From a virus: a DNA stretch of 64,000 nucleotides. Positions 39,011 through 50,341 of the stretch are shown here, one piece after another. A program made the translations under genes and the position numbers. Where the stretch lies: the IMG/VR virus record IMGVR_UViG_3300044630_006441, positions 1-64,000 of that record, one strand, 5' to 3'. The notes under the pieces are model-generated. The model had not been told where the DNA came from and did no database searches. It saw only the letters and a list, made by a program, of their open reading frames with translations. Position 1 is the stretch's first letter, and every line of letters starts with the position of its first letter.

Positions 39011-39335
39011 GCCCAGGCATCCGCCCGCCCCTGGCATGGCACCGACCGCCACCCACCACCAGGGCGACCCCGCCCCCTGGCATCTGGCCCGCCCCCATCG
39101 CCCGCCCCCAACCGTACCGGGCCAACTGGCCCGGTTGACATAATGTGATAGCAAGTGATCGTGAGACAATTTGCCCCGGACATGCACCTAGGAAAGCAAG
39201 AGGAACACGGCCAAGCCAAGCAAACAATTGATAGCAAAAGATATTGAGACAATATTGGCCTAACAGGCACTCTGGACGGAGGGGGAAAGCAAGGTGCCAA
39301 CCCCCACCACAACCAACCCCCAAGGGGACAGACCG

Positions 39336-39989
39336 ATGTTCAAGACCGAAGAGATCAACGCCACCGCCACCAAGAGCCTCGCCAAGGCTGCGGAGATGAT
39401 CAAGGCCAACATACAGACCGGGCCATGGGTGTGGCCAGTACGGGCCATGATGGCGATCTATGACCGGCAAACCGTGCTGGAACAGAACGCCGAAACCACC
39501 AGTGAGGACAACGGGGTGGGGTTCAACGGTCTGGACGCTGGCATCCTGTCCAGTTTCGCCAAGCAGGTGGCAAGGTGGGATGGCACGCCGGAAAGCCAAC
39601 GCCGGTTCCCGGTTCCCCTGTCTGAAAAGCAGCTGGCCATCGCCCGGAAGAAGATGGCCAAGTATGCGGGCCAACTGGCCCGGATCGCCCGGGCCAAGGC
39701 GGAGGCCAAGGCCGCGGAGACCCCTCCCAAGATGGTGGAGGCCCTGCCCGCCCCCAAGGCCACGGAGGGCGGCTACGGGAAAGAGCTGGCCGAGCCGACC
39801 GACAATGACCGGGCATTGAACTGTGTCACCACCATGGACAAGAAGGGCGGTTTCATGTGGTGCCCGGGGTGCAAGGAGTTCAAGGACCTGTCCGAGAGGT
39901 CCAGCATGTTCAACCAGCATGAGAAGGGCAGGGCTTACCTGTGCTACCCATGCCGGGACCAGATCGTCAAGGAGTCTGGTCTGAGCTGA
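39336..39989 (+). CDS. Phage hypothetical protein with C-terminal Cys cluster
   Basis: AIYDRQT..EQ...NGVGFN..DA..LSSFA...LSEKQ; CPGC and CYPC. Confidence 0.7.
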   Translation: MFKTEEINATATKSLAKAAEMIKANIQTGPWVWPVRAMMAIYDRQTVLEQNAETTSEDNGVGFNGLDAGILSSFAKQVARWDGTPESQRRFPVPLSEKQLAIARKKMAKYAGQLARIARAKAEAKAAETPPKMVEALPAPKATEGGYGKELAEPTDNDRALNCVTTMDKKGGFMWCPGCKEFKDLSERSSMFNQHEKGRAYLCYPCRDQIVKESGLS

Positions 39990-40053
39990 CCGGCCCGGTT
40001 CGCCCGGGGGATCTGTCCCCCGGGTTTTGTTGTTCACTCAAAGGAGGTTTGTC

Positions 40054-40290
40054 ATGTTTGAGGTCAAGATCGTAGAGGGTTACATGGATCCGGGTTATTG
40101 CAACCCCAGGCATTCGGGGACCTTCCGAGGGGTGGGGCGGTCCAGATCCCCCAAGACGGCCATGCGTCTGGCCCGGGAGGCCCTCGCGCTGGACTACCGC
40201 AAGGATTTGGACCTAGCTTCGAGCTGTCCGATCTACGATTTCATGGAGATCCGGAAGAATGGCAAAGTGATCTGGCAGAAATACGACTAA
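40054..40290 (+). CDS. Hypothetical protein
   Basis: AAGGAGG RBS. Confidence 0.7.
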   Translation: MFEVKIVEGYMDPGYCNPRHSGTFRGVGRSRSPKTAMRLAREALALDYRKDLDLASSCPIYDFMEIRKNGKVIWQKYD

Positions 40291-40294
40291 CCAA

Positions 40295-40347
40295 AGGGGG
40301 GAGGGGCGAAAGCCCCTCCCCCCTTTTTTTTATTTATTTTTTTATTT
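40295..40347 (+). terminator. Intrinsic terminator (repeated family)
   Basis: GGGGGGAGGGGC-GAAA-GCCCCTCCCCCC plus long T tract; relatives near 43675, 47840 and 50347. Confidence 0.85.
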
Positions 40348-40686
40348 TGAGACAATATTGCTCCAATCTGCACTAAGGGGACCGCCCACTTCCAACCGTC
40401 GCCGCCACGCCCTCCGGGCCATCCCTCCGGGCCATCCCTGGAATCCCCACCCATTCCTGAGATTCTGTCTTGTGTTTTGTACCGGGCCATTTGGCCCGGT
40501 CGAGATCAAATGATAGCAAGCGATATTGAGACAATTTCGCCCTGACCTGCACCTAGGAACCAATCGCCAAACCACGCCACGCCACGCTAACAATTGATAG
40601 CAAACTATGGTGAGACAATATTGCTCTGACAGGCACTCTGATTGAGGGGGGGGAAATGGCCCATCTCTCAAATTGGAGATTCTACC

Positions 40687-40896
40687 GTGCAAACTGAAGA
40701 GTTCCGCATTGCTTGCGAGCGCAAGCTTGACGCATGGGTGCCAGCCTGTGGGGGAACCGAAACCCCATTCAAGGCGCGGAGTGGTGCCATCCTGCTGTAC
40801 TGCTTCAATCCGGCAACCGGGCAACACGCCTACATCGATCAGGGTACCGATTGGGTACTGACCTATGAAGAGGCTGAGGCCCACCTTCAACGGTGA
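40687..40896 (+). CDS. Hypothetical protein
   Basis: GGAG RBS; its stop is the TGA of the repeat at 40894. Confidence 0.65.
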   Translation: MQTEEFRIACERKLDAWVPACGGTETPFKARSGAILLYCFNPATGQHAYIDQGTDWVLTYEEAEAHLQR

Positions 40897-40978
40897 GACA
40901 ATTTTGACCTGACAGGCACTCTGATTGAGGGGGCGGCAAGGGGCCAAACCTCTCAACCGAGTTAACGGGAGTTCTTCC

Positions 40979-41161
40979 ATGCGTATCGGTTTCGACCACA
41001 TTTTTCAGGTCTGGCGTGTGCTGTTCCACGACCAGCTGATTTCTATCGACGGGGTTTTTTCTTGGGACTCCAAGAAACAACTCCATAGGGACCTGGCCCG
41101 CAAGGGTCTGGCCCTGAAAGGTAACAAGGTGGTTGTCATCCGTGAGACAATTTCGGGCTGA
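40979..41161 (+). CDS. Hypothetical protein
   Basis: Ends inside the repeat at 41143. Confidence 0.6.
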   Translation: MRIGFDHIFQVWRVLFHDQLISIDGVFSWDSKKQLHRDLARKGLALKGNKVVVIRETISG

Positions 41162-41225
41162 CAGGCACTCTGAGTGAGGGGGGAAAGGCTCCCCCCTCCG
41201 ATCTTCTCTTGAAAGGAACACGACA

Positions 41226-41522
41226 ATGGCCGAAGTGATTGCGAAGAAGTTTTTCCCCGAAAGCATCATCAACACGGTAAGCGCCAACGGGTTGAACCTG
41301 ACCAAACCCAAGCGCGGGGTCTGGGTGGAAATCTGGAAAAATGAATCCCGGGGCATCTGCTCTGCGGAAATCTACGACGATAACCAGGATGAGTATGCGG
41401 AAATCGGTCTCTGGATCGAAGACGGCGAGCTGGTGGATTATGACGGGGTTTTTGCGATGCCTCGAGAAGTCTGCGCCCTGCTGAAAGAGCAAGGCGTGAA
41501 AATGGGTCCCTTCATCGAATGA
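41226..41522 (+). CDS. Hypothetical protein
   Basis: AAAGGA RBS; flanked by repeats. Confidence 0.7.
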   Translation: MAEVIAKKFFPESIINTVSANGLNLTKPKRGVWVEIWKNESRGICSAEIYDDNQDEYAEIGLWIEDGELVDYDGVFAMPREVCALLKEQGVKMGPFIE

Positions 41523-41606
41523 TGAATGAGACAATATCGGTCTGACAGGCACTCTGGGTGAGGGGGCGGTTTGCTCCCTCACCCTTGTTCAAAGGAGATT
41601 CGTGCG

Positions 41607-41894
41607 ATGAAACAAGAGAATTTCTACAGGCGTGAATTCTGGTTCGACAACGGCTTCGGCTTGTCGGTTGTCTCACACTCTGACAGCTACGGTGGCTACA
41701 AGGGTTTGTTTGAGATTGCCCTGCTTCACCGTTCCGATAGGGATCGGTTGTTTTACGGGCCAAGCTGGGAAGATGTTCGGGGTTACCTTGATTTCGCCGA
41801 TGTGGCCAAGGTGATCCAAGAGGTGAAGGACTATCCGGAAGACCGACCAGTCGGTGATCTGGGCGGACCTTATGCGTCGGTTTTGGTTAGCTAA
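41607..41894 (+). CDS. Phage hypothetical protein
   Basis: FDNGFGLSVV...SYGG..GLFEIA motif. Confidence 0.7.
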   Translation: MKQENFYRREFWFDNGFGLSVVSHSDSYGGYKGLFEIALLHRSDRDRLFYGPSWEDVRGYLDFADVAKVIQEVKDYPEDRPVGDLGGPYASVLVS

Positions 41895-41909
41895 CAAGGG
41901 GGATTTGCA

Positions 41910-42269
41910 ATGAACAAGCTTTTTGTTGATCTGTTCGTCGCCGCCTATATCAAGTGCGGCTTGTGGGCCTGCTGTGATGAGAACGGCGAGCCGCTGGATG
42001 GTCTGTACACCACGGACGATCTGAGCAAGGCAGCCAAACAAAACATCCGAGAGGAATGTCGGTGCTTCATCGACGAAAACGCCGAGCTGCTGGCCGGAAC
42101 GGACGCGGAGGCTGCTGGGCAGGATTTTTACCTGACCAGGAATCGGCATGGTGCCGGATTCTGGGATGGTGATTGGGGTGAGGCTGGTCAACCGCTGACC
42201 GACTCCGCCCATGTGTGGGGGTCGTCTTACTTTTACCCGGATGACAACGGTGAGATTTCGGTGATGTGA
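41910..42269 (+). CDS. Phage hypothetical protein
   Basis: GQDFYLTRNRHGAGFWD motif; stop lies in repeat. Confidence 0.7.
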   Translation: MNKLFVDLFVAAYIKCGLWACCDENGEPLDGLYTTDDLSKAAKQNIREECRCFIDENAELLAGTDAEAAGQDFYLTRNRHGAGFWDGDWGEAGQPLTDSAHVWGSSYFYPDDNGEISVM

Positions 42270-42346
42270 GACAATTTGGGCCTGACAGGCACTCTGGCTG
42301 AGGGGGGCAAGGCGCCCCCCAAAGCCTACGCCAACGGAGGAAAGCA

Positions 42347-42436
42347 ATGCTGCTACCTGTGATCACTCTGGCGGTTGGTTTGGTTTTGATTGAGGCGGCT
42401 GTTCTTTCTATGGGAACCTTGGAGGACTACCAATGA
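42347..42436 (+). CDS. 29-aa hydrophobic peptide
   Basis: GGAGG RBS; MLLPVITLAVGLVLIEAAVLSMGTLEDYQ; ATGA overlap with next gene. Confidence 0.5.
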   Translation: MLLPVITLAVGLVLIEAAVLSMGTLEDYQ

Positions 42437-42750
42437 GCAAGGGCTACAACGGCTGGACGAATTACGAAACCTGGTGTGTCAACCTGTGGATGGACAACGA
42501 AGAAGGGTCCTACGACTACTGGCGGGAAGTTGCTGAAGATGTCTGGGATGCGGAGGACCCCGAAGAGTCCCAGCGCCTGCTGGCCGACCGGATCAGGCAA
42601 CAAATCGAGGAAGGACAGCCTTTGACCAAGGGGCTGTATGCCGACCTGATCGAGGCGGCGCTGTCCGAAGTAGACTGGGATGAAATCGCCAGCCACTTCA
42701 TCTATGACCTGAAGGCGGAAGCCAAGAAGGAGGAAGTCGAGACCGAGTAA
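42433..42750 (+). CDS. Acidic phage protein
   Basis: YNGWTNYETWCVNLW motif. Confidence 0.7.
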   Translation: MSKGYNGWTNYETWCVNLWMDNEEGSYDYWREVAEDVWDAEDPEESQRLLADRIRQQIEEGQPLTKGLYADLIEAALSEVDWDEIASHFIYDLKAEAKKEEVETE

Positions 42751-42804
42751 AGTCAGCGCTTGGGGGTGGGCAAGGTGCCCGCCCCCTTCTTTGTGGAGGA
42801 CGCG

Positions 42805-43669
42805 ATGAAACACGCCAAGCAAGAAGACGGGATTTTCTACGGAACGACCGAACAGGGATACGATCTCTACCTGTGCGAGTCGATGGGTGGGCAGAGTCTG
42901 GTGGCCCGGTTCGGGGATCGTCCGGCCGACTACGAAAGCTGCCCGCTGCTGGTGTTCAGGAGCTGGCTCAAACCCGGCGCATCAATCAAGGTGGGGGCCA
43001 AGTCGTTCCCCATGATCGAGTGGATGGACCACCCGACCACACCGGACTATGTCCGGGGCTGGAAAAAGATCTTTGAGTTGAAAGGGGGTGCATGATGGGT
43101 TGGACGCATTGCCAGAGTTGGAAGAGCAAGGAGCAGGTGGTCGAGATGATCATGGAGGGGCGGAAAGGCCCCTCGGCCATGGCATGGGAGGGGGGAACCT
43201 GGGTCCACTGGTCCGTCGCCACGCTACGGGACGGCAATGAAATCATCTGCTGCTACCTGATCGAGCCATCGGCTCAGGGGTGGGGCTACAAGGGTATGGA
43301 CGAGTGCATGGGACCCTACTATTACAGCTGCCCGCTGGAGTTTCTCGAGCGGACAGACAACAGCCTGTACAAGAACGAGAAATGGCGTCTCGAAGTTCTG
43401 AAAAGGAGGACCGCGGCATGAGAATCAAGAGTCTGGGGCGCCCCCACCTGATCTCGGTGGGGGCTTTTGATTACGCATGGGATTTTGAATGGGAGGACGA
43501 CAACTGGGCAATAGTTCGGGGCTACCGCCACTATTTCAGCGTGAGCGAATCCTTTACGGATTTTGCAGTGGCGAGAGCATCCAAACAGAAATTGTCCAAA
43601 GGACTGAATGGGCCTGACCGACAACCGCTGGTGGACCTGTTCAACGGATTGTGGACCAGGCTGGACTGA
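42805..43669 (+). CDS. Three coupled hypothetical genes (42805-43095, 43092-43421, 43418-43669)
   Basis: ATGA overlaps and RBSs; second gene has WGYKGMDECMGPYYYSCP. Confidence 0.65.
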
Positions 43670-43674
43670 CACAA

Positions 43675-43712
43675 GGGGGGAGGGGCGAAAGCCCCTCCCC
43701 CTTTTTTTTATT
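43675..43712 (+). terminator. Intrinsic terminator (repeated family)
   Basis: Near-identical to the 40295 hairpin. Confidence 0.85.
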
Positions 43713-44217
43713 TGTATTTGGTTTTGAGACAATTACGCCCCAACCTGCACTAATAGATACGCCCACATTTTCCCGTCGCCGCGGCCCGCCAACCTGGCCC
43801 CCCACCCCATCCCGGCCCACCTGGCCAACCCCATCCCCTCTTTTTTCTTCTTGTTTTTGTACCGGCCCCTTCGGGCCGGTTGGCAATAATGGATAGCAAG
43901 CAAGTGAGACAATATCGACCTGACCTGCACTAAGGGATTGCGCACTCCTACCCGCGCACATCAACAACTGCTATCAAATGATAGTGAGACAATTTGCCTC
44001 CGACAGGCACTCTCAATGCCGAGGGCAAAACGCCCAAAGCAAACGAGAAGCTTGTGCGATGAGACAATTTGCTCACGACAGGCACTCTGGTTGAGGGGGG
44101 CAAAACAACAAATTGCCCGCCTTCAATAAAGGGTGCCCAACACGGTGAGACAATATCGCCGCAACAGGCACTCTCAGTGAGCGGTGGTTTCGCTCAATAA
44201 CTTGTAGCGAGGATGAC

Positions 44218-45117
44218 ATGGCTGTTTCCAAGAAACGCAAGAAGGCGGCTTCTTTCAAGCGGGATCAGGCGATGCGGTTGGCCTATATGGTCTCGCACGC
44301 CAAAACCGAATGGGAGGCCATCGAGGCCATCCAGAACACGCTGGACGGTTTACCCGCCGACAGCGGATGGGTGGACTGGGGCAACCGTCTGCTGGCCTAC
44401 CTCAAGGGCGAGGTCAGCACCCCACCCTTGCAGGTGATCAAGGCGGATGGCAACAAAAAGTTGCCCTTCTACGCATGGTCTGTCCTGCCGCTGTTCAGCT
44501 GCCCGGGGAAGGGGGCGTGCGCTAAATTCTGCTATTCGCTGAAAGCGTGGCGGTATCCGCAAGCCTATTTTCGTCAGGTCATGAACACGATTCTCTACCG
44601 GTTCCGCAAGGATCTGGTGGCGGACCTGTTCTTGTCCCTGCCGGAAGGTGTCACCCTGCGGTTGTTCGTCGATGGGGATTTTGATTCCGCCGAGACGGTG
44701 GACTTCTGGTTCAAGCTGCTGCGCCTGCGGCCCGATATTGTGTCCTACGGCTACAGCAAGAGCTGGGATGAGTTGTACGATTACGCCGGTTTGTGGCCGG
44801 ACAACTATGTCCTGAACCTGTCCAGCGGTGGGCGGGTTCGCAAGGTCACCCTCGAGATGATGCAGCAACTGCTGATCACCCGGGGCCGGTTTGTGGCGGT
44901 GCCCGTTGATGCCAAGTTCATCAAGATGGGCAACAAGCGGTTCAAATCCGCTGAATACCACGCCGCGGTGCGGGAATCCGCCCGCCGTCTGGGCCTTGGC
45001 AAGGCCATGAGCTGCCCCGGCAAGTGCGGCAGCTGCATCAAGCGTCCGAGCGGTAACGAGCACGCCTGCGGGTCTCGTCGCCTGATCGGTTTAACCATCG
45101 CCATCGGCATCCACTGA
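44218..45117 (+). CDS. GP88-like Cys-rich phage protein (radical-SAM-like)
   Basis: NKKL...SCPGKGACAKFCY...RLFVDGDF...YGYSKS...NYVLNLS...CPGKCGSC. Confidence 0.65.
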   Translation: MAVSKKRKKAASFKRDQAMRLAYMVSHAKTEWEAIEAIQNTLDGLPADSGWVDWGNRLLAYLKGEVSTPPLQVIKADGNKKLPFYAWSVLPLFSCPGKGACAKFCYSLKAWRYPQAYFRQVMNTILYRFRKDLVADLFLSLPEGVTLRLFVDGDFDSAETVDFWFKLLRLRPDIVSYGYSKSWDELYDYAGLWPDNYVLNLSSGGRVRKVTLEMMQQLLITRGRFVAVPVDAKFIKMGNKRFKSAEYHAAVRESARRLGLGKAMSCPGKCGSCIKRPSGNEHACGSRRLIGLTIAIGIH

Positions 45118-45187
45118 GACAATATCGTCTCGACAGGCACTCTGGTTGAGGGGGGTTTTCGCCCCCCTCTTTGAAAGGAACAAGCAA

Positions 45188-46061
45188 ATGAAGAAGATCA
45201 CTCTGACAAGTCATCCGCTGGTTCACACGCCGGGTATGCTACGGTATGCCGAGGCTGGCTACCAAACCAGCAAGGGACGGGGGCGGACCCCATTCATTAA
45301 CATCTTCGCCGAAGGCTACGGTCTGGACCGCAAGCTGACGGTGGCGTTGCTGTCCGGGAAGATCCCCTACCGGGTGGAAGGGGACACGGTGGTTCTGGAA
45401 GTCAAGGAGGGTCAGGTATGAAACACACGGTGTGGGCAAGGCTTGGAATCAGTATCGAGTTGGACAAGCCGCTTGAGGCATTCGCCAACGAGGATGAGCT
45501 GGTCGAGGCGGCAATCAAGTCAATTCAGGCAAAGCGGTTCGAGGTGGAGGGGGATGCTTATATCCCCGGCCCCTGTCTGGATGACCACGATGAAGATTTG
45601 CAGTTCGACTACCGTGACGATCTGGAACTGGGCAGTTTTTACCAAAACGAGCAGGGGGAAATCCTATGAGCTACATGCGTGAAGCGTTCGAGCAAGTGGT
45701 CCAGGACCGCAAGGCGGTGGTCCGGGAAAGCTGGTATGTCATCCTCTGGGAGGACACCCAGTACTACGGTGGCCCCGAGGAGGGGGGCTGGTACGGCTGG
45801 GATCACGAGCCGGTGGAGTACGCCGTCTACCCCAACGAGGAGACGGCCCATGCGGTGGCCGAGAAGGTGCGGGAACGGGCCGATGAGCTGACCCGCCTTT
45901 CCCGTCGCCGCCACGGGGAGCGGTGTCTGGCCGAGCTGGAATGGTTGGATGCCCGCGGTCTGGATGCGGATTACCTGCCCGAGCCTGACCAAACCAGCTA
46001 CAGCGTGACCGTGGGGAATATGATGCCGGAAGCTGTCTACGGTGGACGACACTACGATTGA
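45188..46061 (+). CDS. Three coupled hypothetical genes (45188-45421, 45418-45669, 45666-46061)
   Basis: ATGA overlaps; last has YYGGPEEGGW; block bounded by repeats. Confidence 0.65.
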
Positions 46062-46137
46062 GACAATATTGTCCGGACAGGCACTCTGATCGAGGGGGGT
46101 GGCAAGGTGCTGCCCCCCTGTTTTTGGAACAGAAAGG

Positions 46138-46728
46138 ATGAACACAATGGACGAACTCATCAACGCTCTGAAGGCTCTGGTCAAGGAAACCATCGAGGAA
46201 GGGATCAGCGAGGCCGACATCTCCCAGAAGGTGGAAGAGGCGGCGGAGGAGCTGGACTTTGAATCGCTGGTCACGGACCATGTGGATCTGGGGGACTTGG
46301 TCAAGGAACATGTGGACTTCGAGGATCTGGCCAACGATGCCATCGCCTGTTCGGTGGAGGAGGTCGTCGAGCGACAGGTCCGGAAGCTGGACTGGGGCAC
46401 GATCATCGGCAGGGAGGTCAACCTGACCGAGACCATCACGGAGAATGTAGACCTGACCGAGATCGCCAACCAGAAGATGAGCGAGATGCTGGCGAAACGC
46501 TGGGAGAACAGTCAGAAAATCCTCGACACCTACATCGAGGATCGGCTGGACATCGAGCTGCGCAGCAAGGTCGAGGTGGTGGTCGAGGAGAAGCTGACCG
46601 GTTCCTTCCATGACATCGACCGGGAACTGCGCGATCAGGTCAACCGGGCGGTGGGGCCGCTGATCGACGAGATCAACGCCCTCAAGGCCCAGCTGGCGAA
46701 GCCCTGGTGGAGGAAGATCTTCGGTTAG
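46138..46728 (+). CDS. Acidic helical protein with ~10-aa repeats
   Basis: LDFESLVTDH/VDLGDLVKEH/VDFEDLANDA; C-terminal KPWWRKIFG. Confidence 0.7.
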   Translation: MNTMDELINALKALVKETIEEGISEADISQKVEEAAEELDFESLVTDHVDLGDLVKEHVDFEDLANDAIACSVEEVVERQVRKLDWGTIIGREVNLTETITENVDLTEIANQKMSEMLAKRWENSQKILDTYIEDRLDIELRSKVEVVVEEKLTGSFHDIDRELRDQVNRAVGPLIDEINALKAQLAKPWWRKIFG

Positions 46729-46790
46729 TCTTCGGTAAGCAGGGGGTGGGTATGGTGCCCGCCCCCTTTTCGTCAACGAAAGGAAGTGCC

Positions 46791-47777
46791 ATGAGTTTTT
46801 ACGCAACGATGGTCGGCGAGATTTTTTACCCTGACCAAGAGGATTTCAACGCTGTCCTGTCCGTTCTGGAGGAAGGGGGCTGGATCGAGAAGGATTTTTT
46901 CCTGGACGGAGGCGGGGACCGGATCAGCAAGACCCCCAACATCGACCGGGAGCAAAGGGTGATCTCGATCCCCCATGCCTGCCACCGCAACTTGTCCGAG
47001 GTGGAGTTCTTCCCGCCGGGGGCGAAGGGCCGGATCGTCGCGACATCGACCGATGGGTGCTTCGAGGGGTGGGAGATCGAGGACGGGGAGAGAGCCAGCT
47101 ACGATCTTGACGAGTGGGCGGCTGAGAACATCGGGGAGAAGTGTCCGGACTGCGATACGGACTTCGACGGGTTCTGTGACTGGAGAAGCATGGTCGAGGA
47201 TGAGTTCCACAACTGCCACAACTAGGAGGACAATCATGAAAGACAGACATCCCGAGGCGATCCAATTCGCCAGACTGAGCATCGGTAGCCGGTTCCGGTT
47301 CGAGAGCGAATGGTCTTTCCCGGGTCTGAAGACCGGGGTGGCCGTCAAGACGGGTGCCCGAGGGTATCGGTACGATGACGGCATGGTGTGTGTGGTGGGG
47401 AGCCAGAAGGTTCTGGTCGTCGAGGAAAAGGAGGCCGCGCAATGATGATTCCCGTGACGGGTTCGGAAGAGTTCAGCCATATCCAGATCAAGGTCACCTA
47501 CTCCAAGGGGGGCCTGAACTACTGGAACTACAAGGAGGAACCGCGGGCGATCTGGCTCAGCGTCACGCCTGTCAAGCTGAACAAGCATGACGGGTACGAG
47601 ACCATCAGCCAGATTGCCGGGACGGGGCTGCGCCATCTGGTCGAGGAGGTGAGCCGCAAATCGATGTCCAAGATCCAGAAGCTGGAGAAGCAGGTCGAGA
47701 AGGAGGTGCTCTACCGTTCCGGAATCACCTGGGATATAGTGAAGAAGGTCGCCGAGCAGAAGCGGTTGACCGTCTGA
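46791..47777 (+). CDS. Three hypothetical genes (46791-47225, 47236-47445, 47442-47777)
   Basis: RBSs and coupling. Confidence 0.65.
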
Positions 47778-48103
47778 GCAACCGAAGCGGGGGTGAGCTA
47801 CAACACCCCCGCCTAGGGCGGGACTAACCAACCCGCATGGCCGGGGGGCGAAAGCCCCCTGGCTTTTTTTATTTGTTTTTTGTCCAGGAAAACCCGCTGC
47901 ACTTATTGAATGTCTTGGTTTTGTCCCAGCCCGATAGGGCTGGTCGGCTTATTTGGCTGAGCAAGCATGAGACAATTACCCGGGAACCTGCACTTATAGA
48001 CCACGCGCCTACAGCAAGCAGGCCGCGGTGGGTGGTTGAGACAATATCGCCCTGACAGGCACTCTCAGTGCGGAAGGAAAAACGCAAACGAAAGGAGCGA
48101 ACG

Positions 48104-50341
48104 ATGAAGAAGTTCAAAGCGACAGTGATTCGCACCGTGATCGAGAGCATCGAGTTTGAGATCGAGGCCAACACGCAGGAGGAGGCGGAGGAGCAAGCCT
48201 ACAACGAGGCTGTCGATGCCAGCGCGGAAAGGTGGGACGGGGAAACCACCGGGATGGAAGTCGATCTGGAGGAGATTTGAGACAATATTGCCCCGACAGG
48301 CACTCTCAGTGAAAGGAGAAAACGATGAAAGTACGCTACGACTTCGACCGGGACCACCAACCCGGCGAATACATCGGGTTCGAGATCCGGGTCTGTTTCA
48401 ATGACGGGGATGACTGCATCTCCAACATCGAGGACGAAGACCACTTCGAGTTCCACAAGGAGGAGGGGACGCATCTGTTCTGGGGCGTGTACGGGGTCAA
48501 CCCGGACGGGATGTCCGAGAGTCTGGGAGACTTCTCCAGCGAGGAGGCGGCTCTGGACACCGTCAGGAAACTGGGGGGCAGACTATGTTCGTCGTGGTGA
48601 TGGAGATCGGTGGGGGCTTCTTCAACACTTGGTCGGAGAATGATGACAGTCCGGTGGTCTTCGAGACCTTCGAGGACGCGGTCATGGAGCTGGCCGAGTT
48701 CTACACGGACTACCGGAAAGAGATCGGTGAGGAACCGGACAGTTTCCGGATCGTCGAGGTGACGGATCGATACCAACACTGGCATGAGGGGGGCGAAGCC
48801 TATGCAGCTTGATCGCAGGGGTGGCGAGGGGGTCCTGTTCCTGACCGACGAGGACCTCGAGCTGGTCGGGATCGACCCGGCCAAGGTCGGGGACGGCGAG
48901 TGGCGGGACATTCTGGATTACCTGAAGGACTACTACAACGACAATTTCTCAATGGTTCTGGCGGAGGCAGCCGAGTATGTCTTGGCCCACGCCAACAAAA
49001 AGGAGGTGGGTGATGATCAAGGTGTGTGATGCCCAGACGATTGCGGCGATTGCCAGCGAGTTCATGACGGACGCACGGTACGGGGACTGGTACAAGCGGG
49101 AGTGCGATTCCCGGTCGGGCACCCCGGGCATCTGGTCCGACATCGGGTCGGTGGGGGTCAAGATCATCGAGGCCGAGAAGGCGTTGAAGCTTGACTGGCA
49201 TCAGTACGAGTTCATGGAGGCGATCTTCGCCATCGTGGACCATATGTACGAGGAGGGTCTGGAGCAGGACTGGACCGCGGTTCTGGAGAGAATCCTGAAG
49301 GAACAGCAAGGAGACTGAGCATGGAATGGGATGTGTGGGTCAAGCAATACCAGGGTGAACTGCTGTCACGGACGGGGCTGTCCCTCGAGGACGGGCCGAT
49401 GGAGTCCACCCTGCGGAGCTTTTTCGACAACGAGGAAACGCCTAGCGAGGCGGTCTCATGGGTGATCGACAAACACGATCTGGATGACCTGCGGGTCGAG
49501 GCTTACGAGCGGGACACCTACAACCGGTTCCGCGAGGAGGCACTCGCCCGGTTCGGGTATGCGCCACCAGCGAGGAGGTTCTAATGGCGGAGTACTGGTG
49601 CGGGGTCTGTCTGGAGCAGATCGACCCCGCCGAGGGGGACATTCACAGTCTGCCCAATGGTGAGGACTGTCATGCGGAGTGCTGCCCGGAGTGTGAGACA
49701 ATTTGCCGGTGACAGGCACTCTGGGTGGGAAGAGGAAACCAAACAGAAAGCGAGGAACGATGAGCGAGAATAGCGTGATCGTGGAGACGGAAGTGGAAAA
49801 CCGCGATGGCAAGAAGCGGTGGTGCGCGGTTGAGGTGCGCTACCGGGGACTGAAGGAGCGGATCGAGTTCGCCATGCCAGCGATCATCAGCCTGCCGCTG
49901 GGGCCGGAACGCAACGACCTGGAGTTGCTGCTGTGCGCCCTGCTGGCGGGCAAGGGGGAGTTCTTCACCCAAGTGACCCGGGCGGTGGTGCTGGACGAGA
50001 AGCGGCAGCTTAAGAAAAAGAAAGGCAAGTGAACGCAACATAACGCAGATTATCGGACACTGTTTGAGAAAGGAGCGACGATGTACCAAGAAGAGTGGGG
50101 GCAGAGGGCAACCCCGATGGATGCCTGCCGGGAATACGCGCTGAACGCGGGGAGGGAGCGGACGGAATCGGCCTGGATCTTGACAGACTTCGATGCGTGG
50201 ATGCCGAACCCCTTCTACCAGGGTCCGCCGGTGCCACACCCGGAAGATTGGTATGACGACGATGTGGGGAGTGAGCAACCGCCACCGCGGCCAGTCGTCG
50301 AGAAACAGGCGCCGCCGGTCGATGAAGACATCCCGTTCTAG
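48104..50341 (+). CDS. Nine small, mostly acidic genes (48104-48280, 48325-48600, 48585-48812, 48802-49029, 49013-49318, 49321-49584, 49584-49712, 49760-50032, 50081-50341)
   Basis: RBSs, overlaps and consistent codon usage. Confidence 0.6.
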
